A DNA stretch of 63,986 bases, filler included, from Phoronis australis (taxonomy: Eukaryota > Animalia > Phoronida), in NCBI GenBank assembly GCA_002633005.1. It is 8 parts of 8 records of this genome, joined end to end, with 100 filler letters (N's around TTAATTAATTAA, not from the genome) between each part and the next. Parts side by side here need not be neighbours in the genome. Positions count along the whole stretch, not along the records: positions 47,001 to 54,899 come from NMRA01000021.1; positions 55,000 to 59,601 come from NMRA01002539.1; positions 59,702 to 62,559 come from NMRA01003371.1; positions 62,660 to 63,986 come from NMRA01002631.1; 4 more parts are not named here. One strand, 5' to 3'. Below, in pieces: positions 50,008-63,986 of the stretch; the stretch's first letter is position 1, and every line of letters begins with the position of its first letter. Below the pieces are notes generated by a model. It was not told where the DNA came from. It did no database searches and saw nothing but the letters and a program-made list of their open reading frames with translations. The position numbers and the translations under genes are program-made.

Positions 50008-50204
50008 AGGGTTTCAAGGAGGCAGCAGAAAAATTCAAAATGGAGTCTGGCATCGCACCCGCTGTCGACCTTGACACTCTGGATGACCGGATCAGGATAC
50101 GTGAGGCAGTACAGTCCGGGCGTATCCAAGAAGCAATAGCCCTAGTCAATGACCTTCACCCTGAGTTGTTGGACACAGACCAGTACCTGTTATTCCATTT
50201 GCAG
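50008..50204 (+). CDS. GID8: Glucose-induced degradation protein 8 homolog (CTLH complex, TWA1), internal exon
   Basis: tacAG acceptor and GT donor; translates (E)[14 protein letters not shown]...[42 protein letters not shown] (LisH/CTLH). Confidence 0.95.
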
Positions 50205-50709
50205 GTGATGAAAGGAAAGCTTATAGCCGCTTTAAACATCTTGGCCCTGCTGCACAATAGTTTTATGTCATATAGCAACAATGATATCGCATTATAACGC
50301 GTCATGTTGTTATTGTTGAACAATGCACCTGACCTCATGCAACAATCAAACTTATCCAGCGGATAACTTTTGAAGCTTTATGCAACTCAGCCCAGACGTT
50401 CCTTTAACAATAAATTGCGTTGTGATTGCGAGTAACCTTGGTAACATGTCTGTGCATTAAACCAGTTACATGTGAAACTTATTAAACTTTGTCACCGAAA
50501 AATTCATCATTTTTTCACGTGGAAGACTTGTGACACTTAATTCTCAATACTAATTTGCACTGGTCCAGTGACCAAATTTCAGTAAATTTTAACGTAAACA
50601 TTATGTTCTGAAATCAATCAATCTCGGCATTTTTTAATTTCAAGTGACTTAAATCCATACCGACAACCATTTCTTCTGTGGTTATAACCGTGTTATGTTT
50701 TGTTTCCAG

Positions 50710-50907
50710 CAACAGCATCTCATTGAGTTGATCCGGGACAATAATATTGAAGGAGCGCTCGAGTTTGCGCAGACGCACTTGGCTGAACGCGGAGCGGAGA
50801 ATGCTGATATTCTGGCGGAGCTGGAGAGGACGCTGGCTCTTCTTGCTTATGATGATCCAGAATCCTCACCATTCGGGGAACTACTTCACAGCTCACATAG
50901 GCAAAAG
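50710..50907 (+). CDS. GID8: GID8, next internal exon (CRA domain)
   Basis: tttccAG acceptor and GTAAAC donor, 198 nt; translates QQHLIELIR...[13 protein letters not shown]...[30 protein letters not shown]. Confidence 0.95.
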
Positions 50908-53900
50908 GTAAACGTTCTCATTTCTTGCGGTGTTTTAGTCTCTCGTTTCTTATACATAGTGAAAATCAGGTGAAGTGAGCATCTCTATTATTTAGTTTGT
51001 CCTGTACACAGTCGCAGTTAAGCCTAGAAAGCTTGAGCTTTAGACAGAAGGATNNNNNNNNNNNNNNNNNNNNNNNNNNNNNNNNNNNNNNNNNNNNNNN
51101 NNNNNNNNNNNNNNNNNNNNNNNNNNNNNNNNNNNNNNNNNNNNNNNNNNNNNNNNNNNNNNNNNNNNNNNNNNNNNNNNNNNNNNNNNNNNNNNNNNNN
51201 NNNNNNNNNNNNNNNNNNNNNNNNNNNNNNNNNNNNNNNNNNNNNNNNNNNNNNNNNNNNNNNNNNNNNNNNNNNNNNNNNNNNNNNNNNNNNNNNNNNN
51301 NNNNNNNNNNNNNNNNNNNNNNNNNNNNNNNNNNNNNNNNNNNNNNNNNNNNNNNNNNNNNNNNNNNNNNNNNNNNNNNNNNNNNNNNNNNNNNNNNNNN
51401 NNNNNNNNNNNNNNNNNNNNNNNNNNNNNNNNNNNNNNNNNNNNNNNNNNNNNNNNNNNCCCCCCCCCCCAACCCACCTTGTAGAATTTCCCATTAACGA
51501 ATTGTTTAGGGGTCCTCGCGCAAAACATCGCCCAGCCTGCTGTGACAGGGTCCCACATGTAGTCGTGGTACAATACTGGATGAATGTACAGCTTTCGAAT
51601 AATGTGGTGTGCATAGTTGGCAAAATAATATCTTAGATAAATTAATGTCATTAAAAACTAGTCTTCCTTGAGTAAAGCAAATGTGCTAACAAAACGAATT
51701 GTTATTACGCTATTCTCATGTTTGTTAAGCAATACTATGCGTCGGCTGTGAGTGCTACAAAATAGAGCGACACCTATTGGCCAATTTTTTTCAGCAATTT
51801 TTTAATCAACTGTTCTTTTCCACCAAGTAGCGTACACTTCACAACAAATCACCTCAACTGGTTCTTAGCATTTTATTACCAGCAAACCCAATTTCAAAGC
51901 AAATTGTGCTTCAGCGAAGCTGTCCATCATCTCCTTAAATATGCTGCAAAAACTTAAACAAATGGCGCATGCGCGTGTCACAAGTGTATAGTTTTCAAGC
52001 CAACAACAGGTTCTTGCTACAAAAGCCGGAGACCTATGTAAGAAAATGATGTTTATTAGACTCTTTGTCACTTAAACGACTGTAATGGGCAAGGTGAGGG
52101 TCAGTTGGCTCCCATATTTTGTGTGCACCCCCGCTAGTCGTTAGCTCCACATGTCGATTAAGTTTCATGATGAACTGAACTGGAGACATTCTGAAATTTG
52201 AAGTCTATGTAAAACTTGCATTCTTTGATTCTGTTGTGAACAATGCATAAAGCATAATATCTGAAAGNTGATGCATCAAAAACTACACAAAGTGCTCTCC
52301 ATAAAAAGTATGGTCATCTAGGCTAGATTGTAAACAGCTGATATCCTATTCCCATGAGGGAAGCCAATTATCCTCAAATGTGACTGGATGAATAGAGCAG
52401 CTAGGAGGGATCCTTTTATCCTCAACCTAGCCAGTGCAACACATTCAAGGTGGATAAATACCCTCTAGTTCAATCTGTTGAACCTGGGCCCACTGTTTTC
52501 CCTGATCAGTACCGCTTGACATAACCTCATTTAATGGGAATGTTCATGACCTTATTGTTTTATGATATTTGGCTACATTGGAGAGTTTCCCTCATACTGT
52601 TGAGAACAGTGGTGGATTTAGGGGGGGGGACATGTGCCCCCCCCTGAAATTCTCCCACATTTCACTTCGCAGTTCGAGGTGCCAATTGTGTACAAGCATA
52701 TGCGGGCAGCCAGGAGGGCCTTGAACTAATCCCATTTTTTAAGTAATAAGGTCCACAAACACAAAAATTCGAGTCCCCCTATATCCCTACATTTTAGGCT
52801 GGGCACGCACATGAGGTGGTTCCTGAGACCTGCCCCCCCAACTCAAACTCCTGGAGAGATACGAAAATTGATGAATTTTGCAGAAAAAAGTGAAATATTC
52901 AACATTCAGTTGTCCAAAACCACCTCACTTTCTCTCTACCAACAGTGTCATGGCCCTATACTTTCAGAAACCTACAAATCACACTCACAGCTTCCCTGTG
53001 CTAAGTTGCTCTACATTACATAACCTGATCTGATAACAAGCCTACACTGCAGAGGAAGATCTTTGTGTAGGGTACTGATTACATAACATTTACATCAATG
53101 AAAAGAGCTTTAGCTGGTTTGAACTTAGCTACAGCTGATGGCCTAGGATAAGCATTGAGGTGGGAAATGCACCTAGATCAGTTTTTGAGTAAAACTTGCC
53201 CCTTAGCCAATGTGACATTGAAGCATGAAATACGAAAGCAATGTGACACTTGGGTGAAGCATATCATCCAAAAGTTTGTGATGACCTAGTCTGAGAGTGC
53301 TTAATAAAGAAATATTGTGTGTAGTATGCCATTATACCTTAGTTTCCATAAGCTGATTAAATCGTTGATTTTCTAATGTAATTCCCCCTAGCTTTGCGGG
53401 ACTTTTTGACAATCAACATTCCGGTTATGTTACTTTTGCTCAAATTCCCTGCAATTTCTGTCACGATTCAACAAAGTATTTCTGATGAAGCTTTTTGTTA
53501 AGGACACTCTTGATCAAACAAACAATGGGTGATAGTAATATTTATAAATACAGTGCAGCAGGTGGTTCAATGCACAACTTTGCTGAATCTCGAGACAAAT
53601 TGAACTTTTCAGTGAATTTAGGGACGGGAACAGCTATGTGAGGAATTATGTAGAAGAATTTCCATGCAAGTTTTATCATTTACCAGTCAGCTGTATTACA
53701 CCCATGGCATAGATCTCGGAAGTTAAACAAAAGCTTGCGAAATCCACAAAACATCATTTAGCATGGGAAACCATAAAAAGATATTTAGAACAACACACAC
53801 TAGCTTTTGCCTATGTTAAATTGAAGGTTGCCCTTAGTCAACTCCTTAGTCAACTACTCCATTTTTCTTCAACTGTGCTTATTGGAATAATATAACTTTG

Positions 53901-56900
53901 TTGTAGCATCCAATCTCCAACAAATTACATTCTTTTGCTTTTGATATATAGAAAAGATACAAAATCCAGTTTCTTTTAACGTAGCATGCCAAATATCTTA
54001 CTTTTTATCATCAAATGTGGGCTTTTTGACTAAAGACAATTTTTTTAAACAATTCGAAACAAACCCATATCTAAACTAAAGTAATTCTTTCTTTTTCTTT
54101 TTCTTTTTCTTTTTCTTTTGGATGCAAATTTCTGTGTAGAGGTGAACATTCTCTACAGATTGATGTTTCCCAGCCCTGGCAGTTGTTATGTTGACCACGA
54201 CAGAGTGAGGAGCTAGAATGTGACATGCACTTAGAACGATTCGTAGGTCAGTACATTGACATGACAATAAATTCTAGTGGACTCCCTCTTTTATGCTGAA
54301 AGTTAAGTCATTGTGATTTTTAGAACTGATAAATTGGTTATGTTATGACTAGTTTTTGATCACCTCCAGTTTTAAAATATTTAGGGAAGTTCATTACCTT
54401 ATTCTAAAACTTTGACATAACTTGTAGATAAGAGATCGCTATGATCATACTGAAAGATCAGAAATATCCAAACAATTTATCGAAAACAGCATGAATAGAA
54501 TACCCAACATTACGGACACCCTCATCAGTCAAGATTGGGCAACTCCACCGGTTTACCTGCGACGTAGCTCCAGTGGGGCACACTAGTAATTAGGGGCTAC
54601 CATCTGCCTAGGCAACACATAGCCCCTCGGTTGACCAGTTACAGGCTGAAATAGCTGCAATACTTCCCATCACTTTCTGTACGAATTTCATCCCATATAT
54701 TTTTAACGGGTGGTAGGCCAAATCCGGCCACTGATTTGGAGTTTTCACCTGGTCAAAAATACATTTCACACTTAAACCTATCATTTAAAAAAGAGCTTAC
54801 TTTCTTCAGTGGTTCTTTCTACTTTTACACATATCTTCGATGAAGCTTAGTTACGAGAATTAAGGTGACTTTGGCGAAGAATTCCAACTCCACTTTTTTN
54901 NNNNNNNNNNNNNNNNNNNNNNNNNNNNNNNNNNNNNNNNNNNTTAATTAATTAANNNNNNNNNNNNNNNNNNNNNNNNNNNNNNNNNNNNNNNNNNNNT
55001 CCCACCATAATGCGTGACATCGAGGCAAATGAACTTTGTGGTTGATCAAAATTCTTGAATTTGACACGGCCAATGCCTTTTTCTAAAGTCTGGCACCAGC
55101 TCAGACCTCGAGCAAAATAATTTTCACTGCATCCCAAACTGGAGGGTTACACTACAGTAATTATAACCTATCAGAGATGTGAAACGTGGGTTACACTGAC
55201 TGTAGTAATTTACATCCTTCACTGCTCATTTGGCATTATTTCAGTTACACAAAACGGTCTCTGTGTTCAGATTTGTTAAGCTGATTGCTTTAGTTCATGA
55301 CTTTGGAATCACAAGGATTGTGTTGATACAACTGATCTTTAATTTCCTGTGACGACTAATTTTCACTGCAGAGACAAGAACACAGAAGACTTACATTGTT
55401 GTATTTTCCACAAGAAATCAGATCTTGGAAGTATATTAATTTTTCTTCAACAAAACAACAATGCAAATGAAGTAAAATCTGTAGCACCAAATCATCATGA
55501 CTGAATTATAAAAACTAATAAATAGTAAGGCCCATAGTACTTTTGTCAATGCAGAAATTCATAGAATTTATTGATAAGACTTTTTGGAAAAATTTCCAGA
55601 TGTTCCCACGCAAAATAATTTCAAAAAATTACTTTTTTACAAGTCTAGAAATTTGTCAAACGTTTGAGTGAACAAATGCTTAGAAGTTTTAAGTGTAAAA
55701 TGATATTTAAATAATTACCAAAATAATACCAACAACAAAAATGTACGGACAGCAAACTTAAGCTTGTGTAAAATAACATATTCCCAAGAGACGGAATAGA
55801 AACGTCATGTAAGACAGATAACGAAACTCAATGCACATGTACAATGCTGAACATTGTCCGAAGCAAATACTGAAACGAACGGGAGACTTAAAATTCACAA
55901 AGTGGCACTGGTGAAACAGTGGTCCTACATAGTCAGTAATCAAAATAAACTGGACAATGTCAAATTCGATAAAGTTTTGGTGCACAACATTACGGCGTTT
56001 TCCCATTGCTCCCAACTTGTTCGATTCTATAGCCCAACAAGTTGGTAAGTTTACCCCAGTAGCCAATATCTTACACGACTGATTAACTCCATTCTGGAAG
56101 GCCAGCTCTCTTTTGTTTGGTAATTGCTCTAATCTCCAATAAGATCTTATCTACCCTGACTGGGTTGTGCTGATAAAAATAAAAGTTAAGTTATAACATA
56201 CTTGAACATAAACCAATAGCATTTCTGAAATCTTCGTCAAATGGTGATCATAGTTAGTTTTTGAATCGCCAAAATCGCCCAACTACAACTGACGTTACGA
56301 CAATCTATTCTTTCCGAATACACCAATTCACTCTGAGTTTGACTGTTCACATGTGGTCTGTAATAAGCCTGGTAGATAATTGGCCTGCTTGTTGTCTCAA
56401 CAAACAAAAGACTGTGCTTGGCAGTTAACAAAGAAGCTAGATGTTATCACACGCTCAGAACCCCCTACGTCTGATTATAAAGTCACTGAACGGGAAAACG
56501 CTGTCATGAAAACAAGACTAACCATTTCTATTTCGACTAGTATCTGCCTAAATTCTGACTTATTCTCAATAAAATCTGAATAGATATTGCTCTATGCTCG
56601 CTGAAACCACAACTTACTACAGATTAATCGAGTCAATTTATAAAGAAATGATGGCTAAGCACAATAACATTAAAGTCGGAAAAACTTTATAATTATTTCA
56701 TTGCGACAAAAGTTTCATTAAACTGCCAAATAATTATTTATAGCAAAAGTTTTCCCAAGTTTGGTACAATAAGTCAGAGGTCTGTCAAAGTCCGTATAGT
56801 CTATTCTGAAATCTAGTGCATAAATATAATCATGCATTCAGTTGGCTCACAAACGCAAAAGGTACCCACTGCTGCTTAAAAGCAGCACTACCTGTTAGCG

Positions 56901-57899
56901 AAGCGGGGTATTACACACAGCACCACCTGGTTGCGGTAAAGCCTTGGATGAGTGGGTACCTTTTGCCCCACAAACACCCCCATGAAGGTGAACTGTTTTC
57001 TGCTTTCAATCTATAGAGAAGTGCCTATTTATTTGCACCACCTAGTGATCATTGAATCACTCAAAGATTATATTTTGCTGGTCATGTTCAATCTACCTGC
57101 AAATGACCAAAAAAAAAAAAAAAAATGATAACGGCACCCAGAGTTCATTTTCAAGTTATGTCACATGATTTTGGCCATACAATTACGCAACACCACACAG
57201 TGGCTGGCTGCTGCTTCTTAAGCATTTAACAGGAAATGTTTGTGGCACAAACTGGTGAGTAAGATGTTTGAGTATGAACTATAATATTCCTTGAAATGGA
57301 ACAAGATTGAACAATTGTTCACAGGGATCCAACAACAACACAAAGTTTTTACCAAACTGTTCAGCATAAATGCGGACAATTTGTATGGAATGAAGACTGA
57401 TTGGTCCTAGCTGATCTGAGAATGATAAAATTAAATGCAAATGATTCACTATAAACCTTAAACACTGTACTATGAAATATTCATGTTACACCCAAGTAAG
57501 TGGCACTGCTACAACACTTCGTATACATTCATAACATACAACAAAGTTATCCAGTGGATATCCTATATGTCTTGAACTTCACCACAATTCTAATATATGT
57601 CCGAGTTTAACAGATTCCTACATAGGCACGTCCTAAAATAGCACAACACCACTCTCACTCCGTGGTATTTACCCACAATGCAACGCCTGTATCAAGTACC
57701 TGTCCTGCTTCATCATGCAAAAGTACTAGTCACTATATTATATCCTAATTATGCAACTTATCATTACCCTCCATGCATTTTGCTGCCTCTGCCTCGATAC
57801 TCCCAGAGTCAAGCAGAGTGCACCCCGCCTCACACAAAAGTCACCACGTTTCTAAGAAACAGGCCAAATACTTGTCTACTAGTGTTCAACATGGTTTGT

Positions 57900-58208
57900 C
57901 TACTCCATACTTCCTGTAACTTCAGGAATGACTAGATTTTCACCCTCTCGCAACTCCTCTACCACTGGACGGCAGCAGCCCTCCAGGCGCAGCGGCTCTG
58001 CGTTCTTTAGCTTAGGAGGCAACAGAAATACGATGCAGCTTGACATGAACACATGCCACAGGCTATGTGTGTAGAAGTAGTTGTCCTCCGTTTCAAGAAA
58101 CGCAAAGATTATGAGACCAGTACCAGCCAACACCAAGCCAGGTACCAAACGAAACACCCATCTTCTCTTGGTTGGATAACAGTCCTTTCTCGTCTTGCAC
58201 TTTAAGAC
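57900..58208 (-). CDS. TMEM8/PGAP6 (myomaker-related) family membrane protein, terminal exon
   Basis: AG acceptor at 58209-58210; translates CYPTKRRWVFRLVPG...FAFLETEDNYFYTHSLWHVFMSSCIVFLLPP, containing the family HxxWH motif. Confidence 0.88.
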   Translation of the reverse strand, partial: VLKCKTRKDCYPTKRRWVFRLVPGLVLAGTGLIIFAFLETEDNYFYTHSLWHVFMSSCIVFLLPPKLKNAEPLRLEGCCRPVVEELREGENLVIPEVTGSME

Positions 58209-59118
58209 CTTAAATTGAAGTAATTTATGATGAAATGATTTTGTTCCACATACTGAATGATTCAGATGCTTAAAGCGAGTTCATGCATGTACATCCTGGG
58301 ATAACAATTAATGTGACTATTGTGTCGGGACACGCTACTTTTCAATGGCGAGTCTTGACTTATTACGTACATTATTCAGAGGAAAAAAGTTCTGAACTAG
58401 AACGAGTTCCCACCAATCAAACTTCTAATTTTCCAGGAGTGTATTGTCTGTGAGGAGTACAACAGCAGTATTTTTGCACACAAAATCATCTCAAAACTTT
58501 GGTTTTCAGGTCGCACTTTAATATTATTGCAAAAGTAGTACCACCATTTACAGCCAGGTGGCAGGAGCAGTTAAAGGCAACAATTAAGGGGACAAGCGTG
58601 CAGCTCACTGAAACATTTCTTGCATGTCCGTGTATACACGTGCAGAACTCACTGCCAAAGAAATTGAAAATGGGACACACATCTTCAGTGAAGTTTATAT
58701 TCCTCAATAGCTCACACTGCGTTATTCCGAATTCTGTAAAAGTTAGAGCTACTCACCTCTAAGGTCACAATTTAGGCAGTTTTATGAAAGAACAGAAGGT
58801 TTAGTAGACAAGTATATTGAAAGGAAACATTCCCAGTTTTTGAGTAGCAAATGCCAACAGTCAGCTTTAAAAAGCAGTGTGGCTGGTAAGAAGTACCGCA
58901 CAAATGCTATATTTTTGTCCTGATAGAGATTTCAAACAATAAGAAACTTCATTAACTTGGCAACAAGACAAAAACAGTAGCAACACATTCAATAGAACCA
59001 AAAGATCTGAAAACTGGCATTAGTCACTGACATTTGAGCCTCATTGGCCAACATCGGTTAGCAAAAATCCAAGACCCCTACAAGTGACTCATCATACTCA
59101 AAAACCACTTGTGGAGGG

Positions 59119-59458
59119 AAACAAATATGGGTCAAGCATTGAGTTTAAGTTATGGACATGACTGTCTAAACAAATATGGGTCAAGCATTGAGTTTAAGTT
59201 ATGTACATGACTGCCTAAACAAATATGGGTCAAACATTGAGTTTAAGTTATGTACATGACTGTCTAAACAAATATGGGTCAAGCATTGAGTTTAAGTTAT
59301 GGACATGACTGTCTACACAAATATGGGTCAAGCATTTGAGGTTAAGTTATGCACATGACTGTCTAAACAAATATGGGTCAAGCATTGAGTTTAAGTTATG
59401 CACATGACTGCCTAAACAAATATGGGTCAAGCATTGAGTTTAAGTTATGCACATGACT
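59119..59458. repeat. 49-bp intronic minisatellite, about 7 copies
   Basis: Unit AAACAAATATGGGTCAAGCATTGAGTTTAAGTTATGNACATGACTGYCT. Confidence 0.95.
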
Positions 59459-62280
59459 AAGCTAGCCTTTCGCATTTGTTCTAGAACACAACTAAAACTA
59501 ATTAATAATCTTAATCTTTTAATTTTCTCATAGTTTCAATAACTCCACTTCAGGCAAGCAGCAAAGGCATTAACTGAATACCCAAGAAACTCAATGGATA
59601 GNNNNNNNNNNNNNNNNNNNNNNNNNNNNNNNNNNNNNNNNNNNNTTAATTAATTAANNNNNNNNNNNNNNNNNNNNNNNNNNNNNNNNNNNNNNNNNNN
59701 NTAAGTCATTTACAGCTATATTAAGACCTGTTTAATCTGATATGACTATTACATTGGGACATCTCGTTTCACACATTGGAGGCTGTCAAATTCATTTGTG
59801 TTTCTCACAAAAAATTGAGTCATGAAATAAGGCAAGATAACCTTCTTGTTTTTCATGTTCATACTTCGGTGGAAATGTTAGTCATGGGTATTGTTTTTTA
59901 CTTAAATGAACTGCTAAAGTCTTATTCTACCTTGAAGTTGACTAATTTTGACCTGGCGATGGAGCTCTCAACATAACTTTAGATTTTTAAGGTAGGGTTA
60001 ATGGTGTTTGAAATAATCATTTATATGATTGTCATTTGGTTCTTCAAAAGTGTCGTTAACATTTATGAGTTATAATGGAACAAGTTGCTACTGGAATGAA
60101 TTATCACTAGGCTTAGTAGTAATGTGGATGCTATTTATGGTGGGGCAACTTGACACATGTGAGACAGCTTACCTCATCATATCAGGGTAACTTGCCCCAA
60201 TGTGAGTCGTATTGTTGACGCAAACTTACAAACAAGGGGAGGTAATTATCAAGTGTGCGCTTGCTCAGTTACACTCACAGGAGTGTCTAATCATTTTTGC
60301 ACCATTTTTATGGCATAGTGTAGGATGTGTAATATGGACACTCGGCTGAACTGTGGCAAGCTGCTGTCGGGCAAACTATTCTTAATTTACTCTTAGTGCG
60401 GACCCAACTACTAGTATTGTCTGTACGTTGGTGCTGATCAGGAAAATTACTCTTGACTTGCAATGTATCTGTAGTTATAGGCACATGAAATCCTAGAATA
60501 TTCCATCACCATCCTGTCGTTTTAAAATGAAATAGTACGCTTCAAAGCAACAATTATATTTTAGCAAGACACATTGTGTTGCAATAATTGACTTTTTTGA
60601 TGTTAGCTATTATCTGCCATGCACACCACCTGTTGACAGGAAATGTTGTTGTAATATGCTTTTGTTTTCATTTGGTTTGGATGACTGATTTCCCATAATT
60701 CATCGTATCGTCTCCATGCATCTTGAAAAGGGTACACTGTTAGCAAGATAAGCAGTGTGGCTTGGCTTCTGGTCCTACTTCCCTTGGTGTCGCATTGCTC
60801 ACCTGTGACTACACAGGGATATTTGCTTAAATTTCCAAGTCCTCAAGCTTGTTTTTCATTTGTGAGGTTACCCAAAAAGGAGGAGATTTTGTCCCTCGCG
60901 AGTCGTCTGTTCTTGAAGCATAAGATAAAGACGTTTTTCACCAATCACATCTGCCTCATTTCTGTGTGCTTGCACAATGTGTGTTGACATGAAATATAAT
61001 AAGTATTACTTTGCTTCGTTTTATGCTAGTCATAATTTTAAGTTCCTTAAAAATGATCAAGATCTTATCGGGTAATGTCAACAGGGATATGGTGCCGCCA
61101 AAGGAAAGGAAAACCTGCTAGTGATTCATTTCTTCTCAGTTGTTGTTGAGATGCAGATGACTTTGTGAGCGTGCTTGTCAAGCTTTGCTGTGTTTAGATC
61201 TGATGTATTGATTGCTTAAGAAATTAATGTGACATGATAAACAACACAAGTGTGATATGCCAGTAGGGTCATTAGAATAATAATATTGCTCGTTATACGG
61301 TCGTCCCAGTAATCTTATTATTATAACGTCGTTTGAACTTGCTTTCGTCTTGATGAATGAGGTTTAGATTTCTCGGATTTGTAAATGATAGTGGTCGTTT
61401 CAAGTGCCCTGTGGACTGCTCGCTTTTGATGTTGAAAACACTAACCTTGGGATTAAGATCACTCACTGTCGTTTCAACTAAACTTGAACATAACAAGAAT
61501 TAGATGCAATTTCTCGTCAAGTACATAGTTACTGCTGAAGACAGAACTCAAGAATTCATGGGCGGACATTTCAAATCCTGAAAATTAATGTAAATTGGCA
61601 AGTTTCATGACCAAACTATAGATGCACCTAACAAATAATGTTTACTTATAAATAGGTACTGTGTCTTCTTAATACAAAGCTTTAAGTCTCATAGTGAAAT
61701 GATATGTATTTGTTTTGACTTGTATTTTCTTCAGAGCATTTTATGCGGAAACCAAGGATTGGTCCTTTTTGGTTGTTAACTGGAGACCAGCAGGAAGATT
61801 GTCTGCAGTTTTTGAGCACCTGCAGTTGCATGATTACTTTGTGTCCCCTTAGTAACATTACACCGCTGTCTCACAAATGTTCAAATTTGAATCCAGGGAA
61901 GGTTGCGGTGAATGTGTCACTGTACAGTCAGTGTCATTGGTGTTTTAGTTTCTTATAAGTAATTCGAATATTAATAATGGTTCATACACTTACTTTTGTC
62001 TCTTAATTATTCGAAACGGTGTTGAAGGGAAAAAACTCGAGAGAATTAATAGAATCAGTGGTGGATGTAGGACGGGTTGAGGGGAGATAACTCTCTTGAG
62101 AGACATGACCAGTCCACTGTCGCTACAAAAAGCATTGTGGCTGGTTCAGTTAACTCCCCTGTCAATAAATTCCTAGATGTCTGCAAAGGGAGTGTTACTG
62201 TTGATCAAATAGTCTACACGCCATCATTCCCAGTATAAAACTGTTCAGGTACACGTACATGTTATGGCTGAATGTTACAG

Positions 62281-62383
62281 GTGACTATGGGCGCTGACAA
62301 CGGAGGATCAGGGTACTCCATCACTGGCGAGTGGAATCCTAAAGACTCCAACTTCAGTGTGCTCAACACAGAAACCCCCAAAG
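62281..62383 (+). CDS. RABGAP1: Rab GTPase-activating protein 1-like (RABGAP1/GAPCenA family), internal exon
   Basis: ttacAG acceptor and GT donor; VTMGADNGGSGYSITGEWNPKDSNFSVLNTETPK resembles the recalled vertebrate RABGAP1 segment [33 protein letters not shown]. Confidence 0.75.
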
Positions 62384-62659
62384 GTGGCGTTAGTTTTGTT
62401 TTCTACTGCAAGTTTAACCGGCCATAAGCCTGCCTTCCACTGCAAAACTGTTTTCATCTTAACCACTTACGGCTATGGAATTGATGTCGACCACTTAGGT
62501 TGTCAAATTGGTCTTGAATTGTTTCGTGGTCTAGTTGAAAGTGATTTCATGGCTTTGAANNNNNNNNNNNNNNNNNNNNNNNNNNNNNNNNNNNNNNNNN
62601 NNNTTAATTAATTAANNNNNNNNNNNNNNNNNNNNNNNNNNNNNNNNNNNNNNNNNNNN

Positions 62660-62853
62660 CTAGTACCCTGTCATAGAGACATCAGTCCTAGTACCCTGTC
62701 ATAGAGACCTCAGTCCTAGTACCCTGTCATAGAGGCCTCAGTCCTAGTACCCTGTCATAGAGACATCAGTCCTAGTACCCTGTCATAGAGATCTCAGTCC
62801 TAGTACCCTGTCATAGAGACATCAGTCCTAGTACCCTGTCATAGAGACCTCAG
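62660..62853. repeat. 28-bp minisatellite, about 7 copies, at the contig start
   Basis: Unit CTAGTACCCTGTCATAGAGACMTCAGTC. Confidence 0.95.
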
Positions 62854-63126
62854 AGTGGAAATATATTCTGGAGCAGTTGGCAAAAAAGCAATAGTCAACT
62901 AATAATAGAAATCCTTCATGATGTTGCCTCTCATCACATTTCCAATTTTTGCCCACAATTACAACAAAAACAGATTGAATAATGTAGTGTTTCAAGAAAT
63001 TGATTTTTCAAGGGAAAAATATAAAGTTACATAAGTAGAAGCTTTAATTGCCTTGGAAACTAGAAATAAAATAAGACTATCATGTTGTACAGTAACTGAC
63101 AAACAAAACGGCAACATATATTGTCA

Positions 63127-63474
<348 letters not shown>

Positions 63475-63660
63475 TTAATTTAAAAGTTTTATAAAATTTG
63501 CTTTATAGCAATAAAATTTTGAAGACCAAATTTGAACTCTGTTGGGATCACAATTAAAATAAAATCTTATGGATTATTATAGCAATAGAAAACTCTCATG
63601 TCTTGTTGGATTGACAGTCTAACAAAAAATTCACCATTTTACATCTGGATGAGTACAAAC

Positions 63661-63793
63661 CTATTCGCTCTGTCTCCGTTAACTCGTGTAGCCTCAGTAC
63701 ATGTCTTTTAGGTAGCACCATCGTCTCGTACGGCCACATGGCCCAATAGGGGACCACGCACAGCCAGCAATCATTTTCAAGCACCAGTCTCAC
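63661..63793 (-). CDS. GALT: Galactose-1-phosphate uridylyltransferase, preceding internal exon
   Basis: tAG acceptor and GT donor, 133 nt; translates VRLVLENDCWLCVVPYWAMWPYETMVLPKRHVLRLHELTETERI, phase-compatible with the next exon. Confidence 0.95.
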
Positions 63794-63918
63794 CTACATG
63801 AACAGGTGAGGTATACAAAAAGTGACACAGTTGACGTTAGACAAGGTTGATGACAACAGGGGGCACTCTAACCTCCGGTCCAGAACAGTGACTTCACTAT
63901 GCCACTGAATCACAGACC

Positions 63919-63986
63919 TGTATGACAGTAGGGACACATAACACAGTGTATGACAGTAGGGATACATAACACAGTGTATGACAGTA
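63919..63986. repeat. 28-bp minisatellite running off the window end
   Basis: TGTATGACAGTAGGGAYACATAACACAG x2.4. Confidence 0.9.

Noticed and set aside
59119-59458. Regular repeats as a possible CRISPR array (also 62660-62853 and 32319-32425)
   Set aside because: The units are head-to-tail with no unique spacers, there are no cas genes, and the DNA is eukaryotic.

Overview
AT-rich, intron- and transposon-rich animal DNA, most consistent with a marine invertebrate (probably a lophotrochozoan such as a mollusc; this is inference only). It is not prokaryotic. The window is not one locus: seven identical 100-bp artificial linkers (N44-TTAATTAATTAA-N44) join eight contigs, so gene neighbourhoods across linkers carry no meaning. 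Host genes read from splice sites and frames: the last two exons of a short-chain dehydrogenase with bacterial-type motifs (+), a complete five-exon ENY2/Sus1 (-), two GID8 exons (+), the terminal exon of a TMEM8/PGAP6-family gene (-), one RABGAP1-like exon (+), two GALT exons (-) and a probable signal-peptide exon. The rest is mobile-element debris: a Gypsy gag/protease fragment, a near full-length decayed RTEX-like LINE, L1/Tx1, Penelope, DIRS/Ngaro, DD37D Tc1/mariner and THAP fragments, plus MITEs, Helentron-type non-autonomous elements and minisatellites. Most notable: (1) a Helentron-like element with ten co-oriented CTCF-consensus motifs at roughly 125-165 bp spacing; (2) two small inverted-repeat elements that enclose retrotransposon coding fragments; (3) a -1 frameshift signal at the Gypsy gag-pol junction; (4) a perfect 29-bp hairpin near the LINE 5' end; (5) the possibly horizontally acquired dehydrogenase. 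Family assignments come from recalled motifs; no database search was run.
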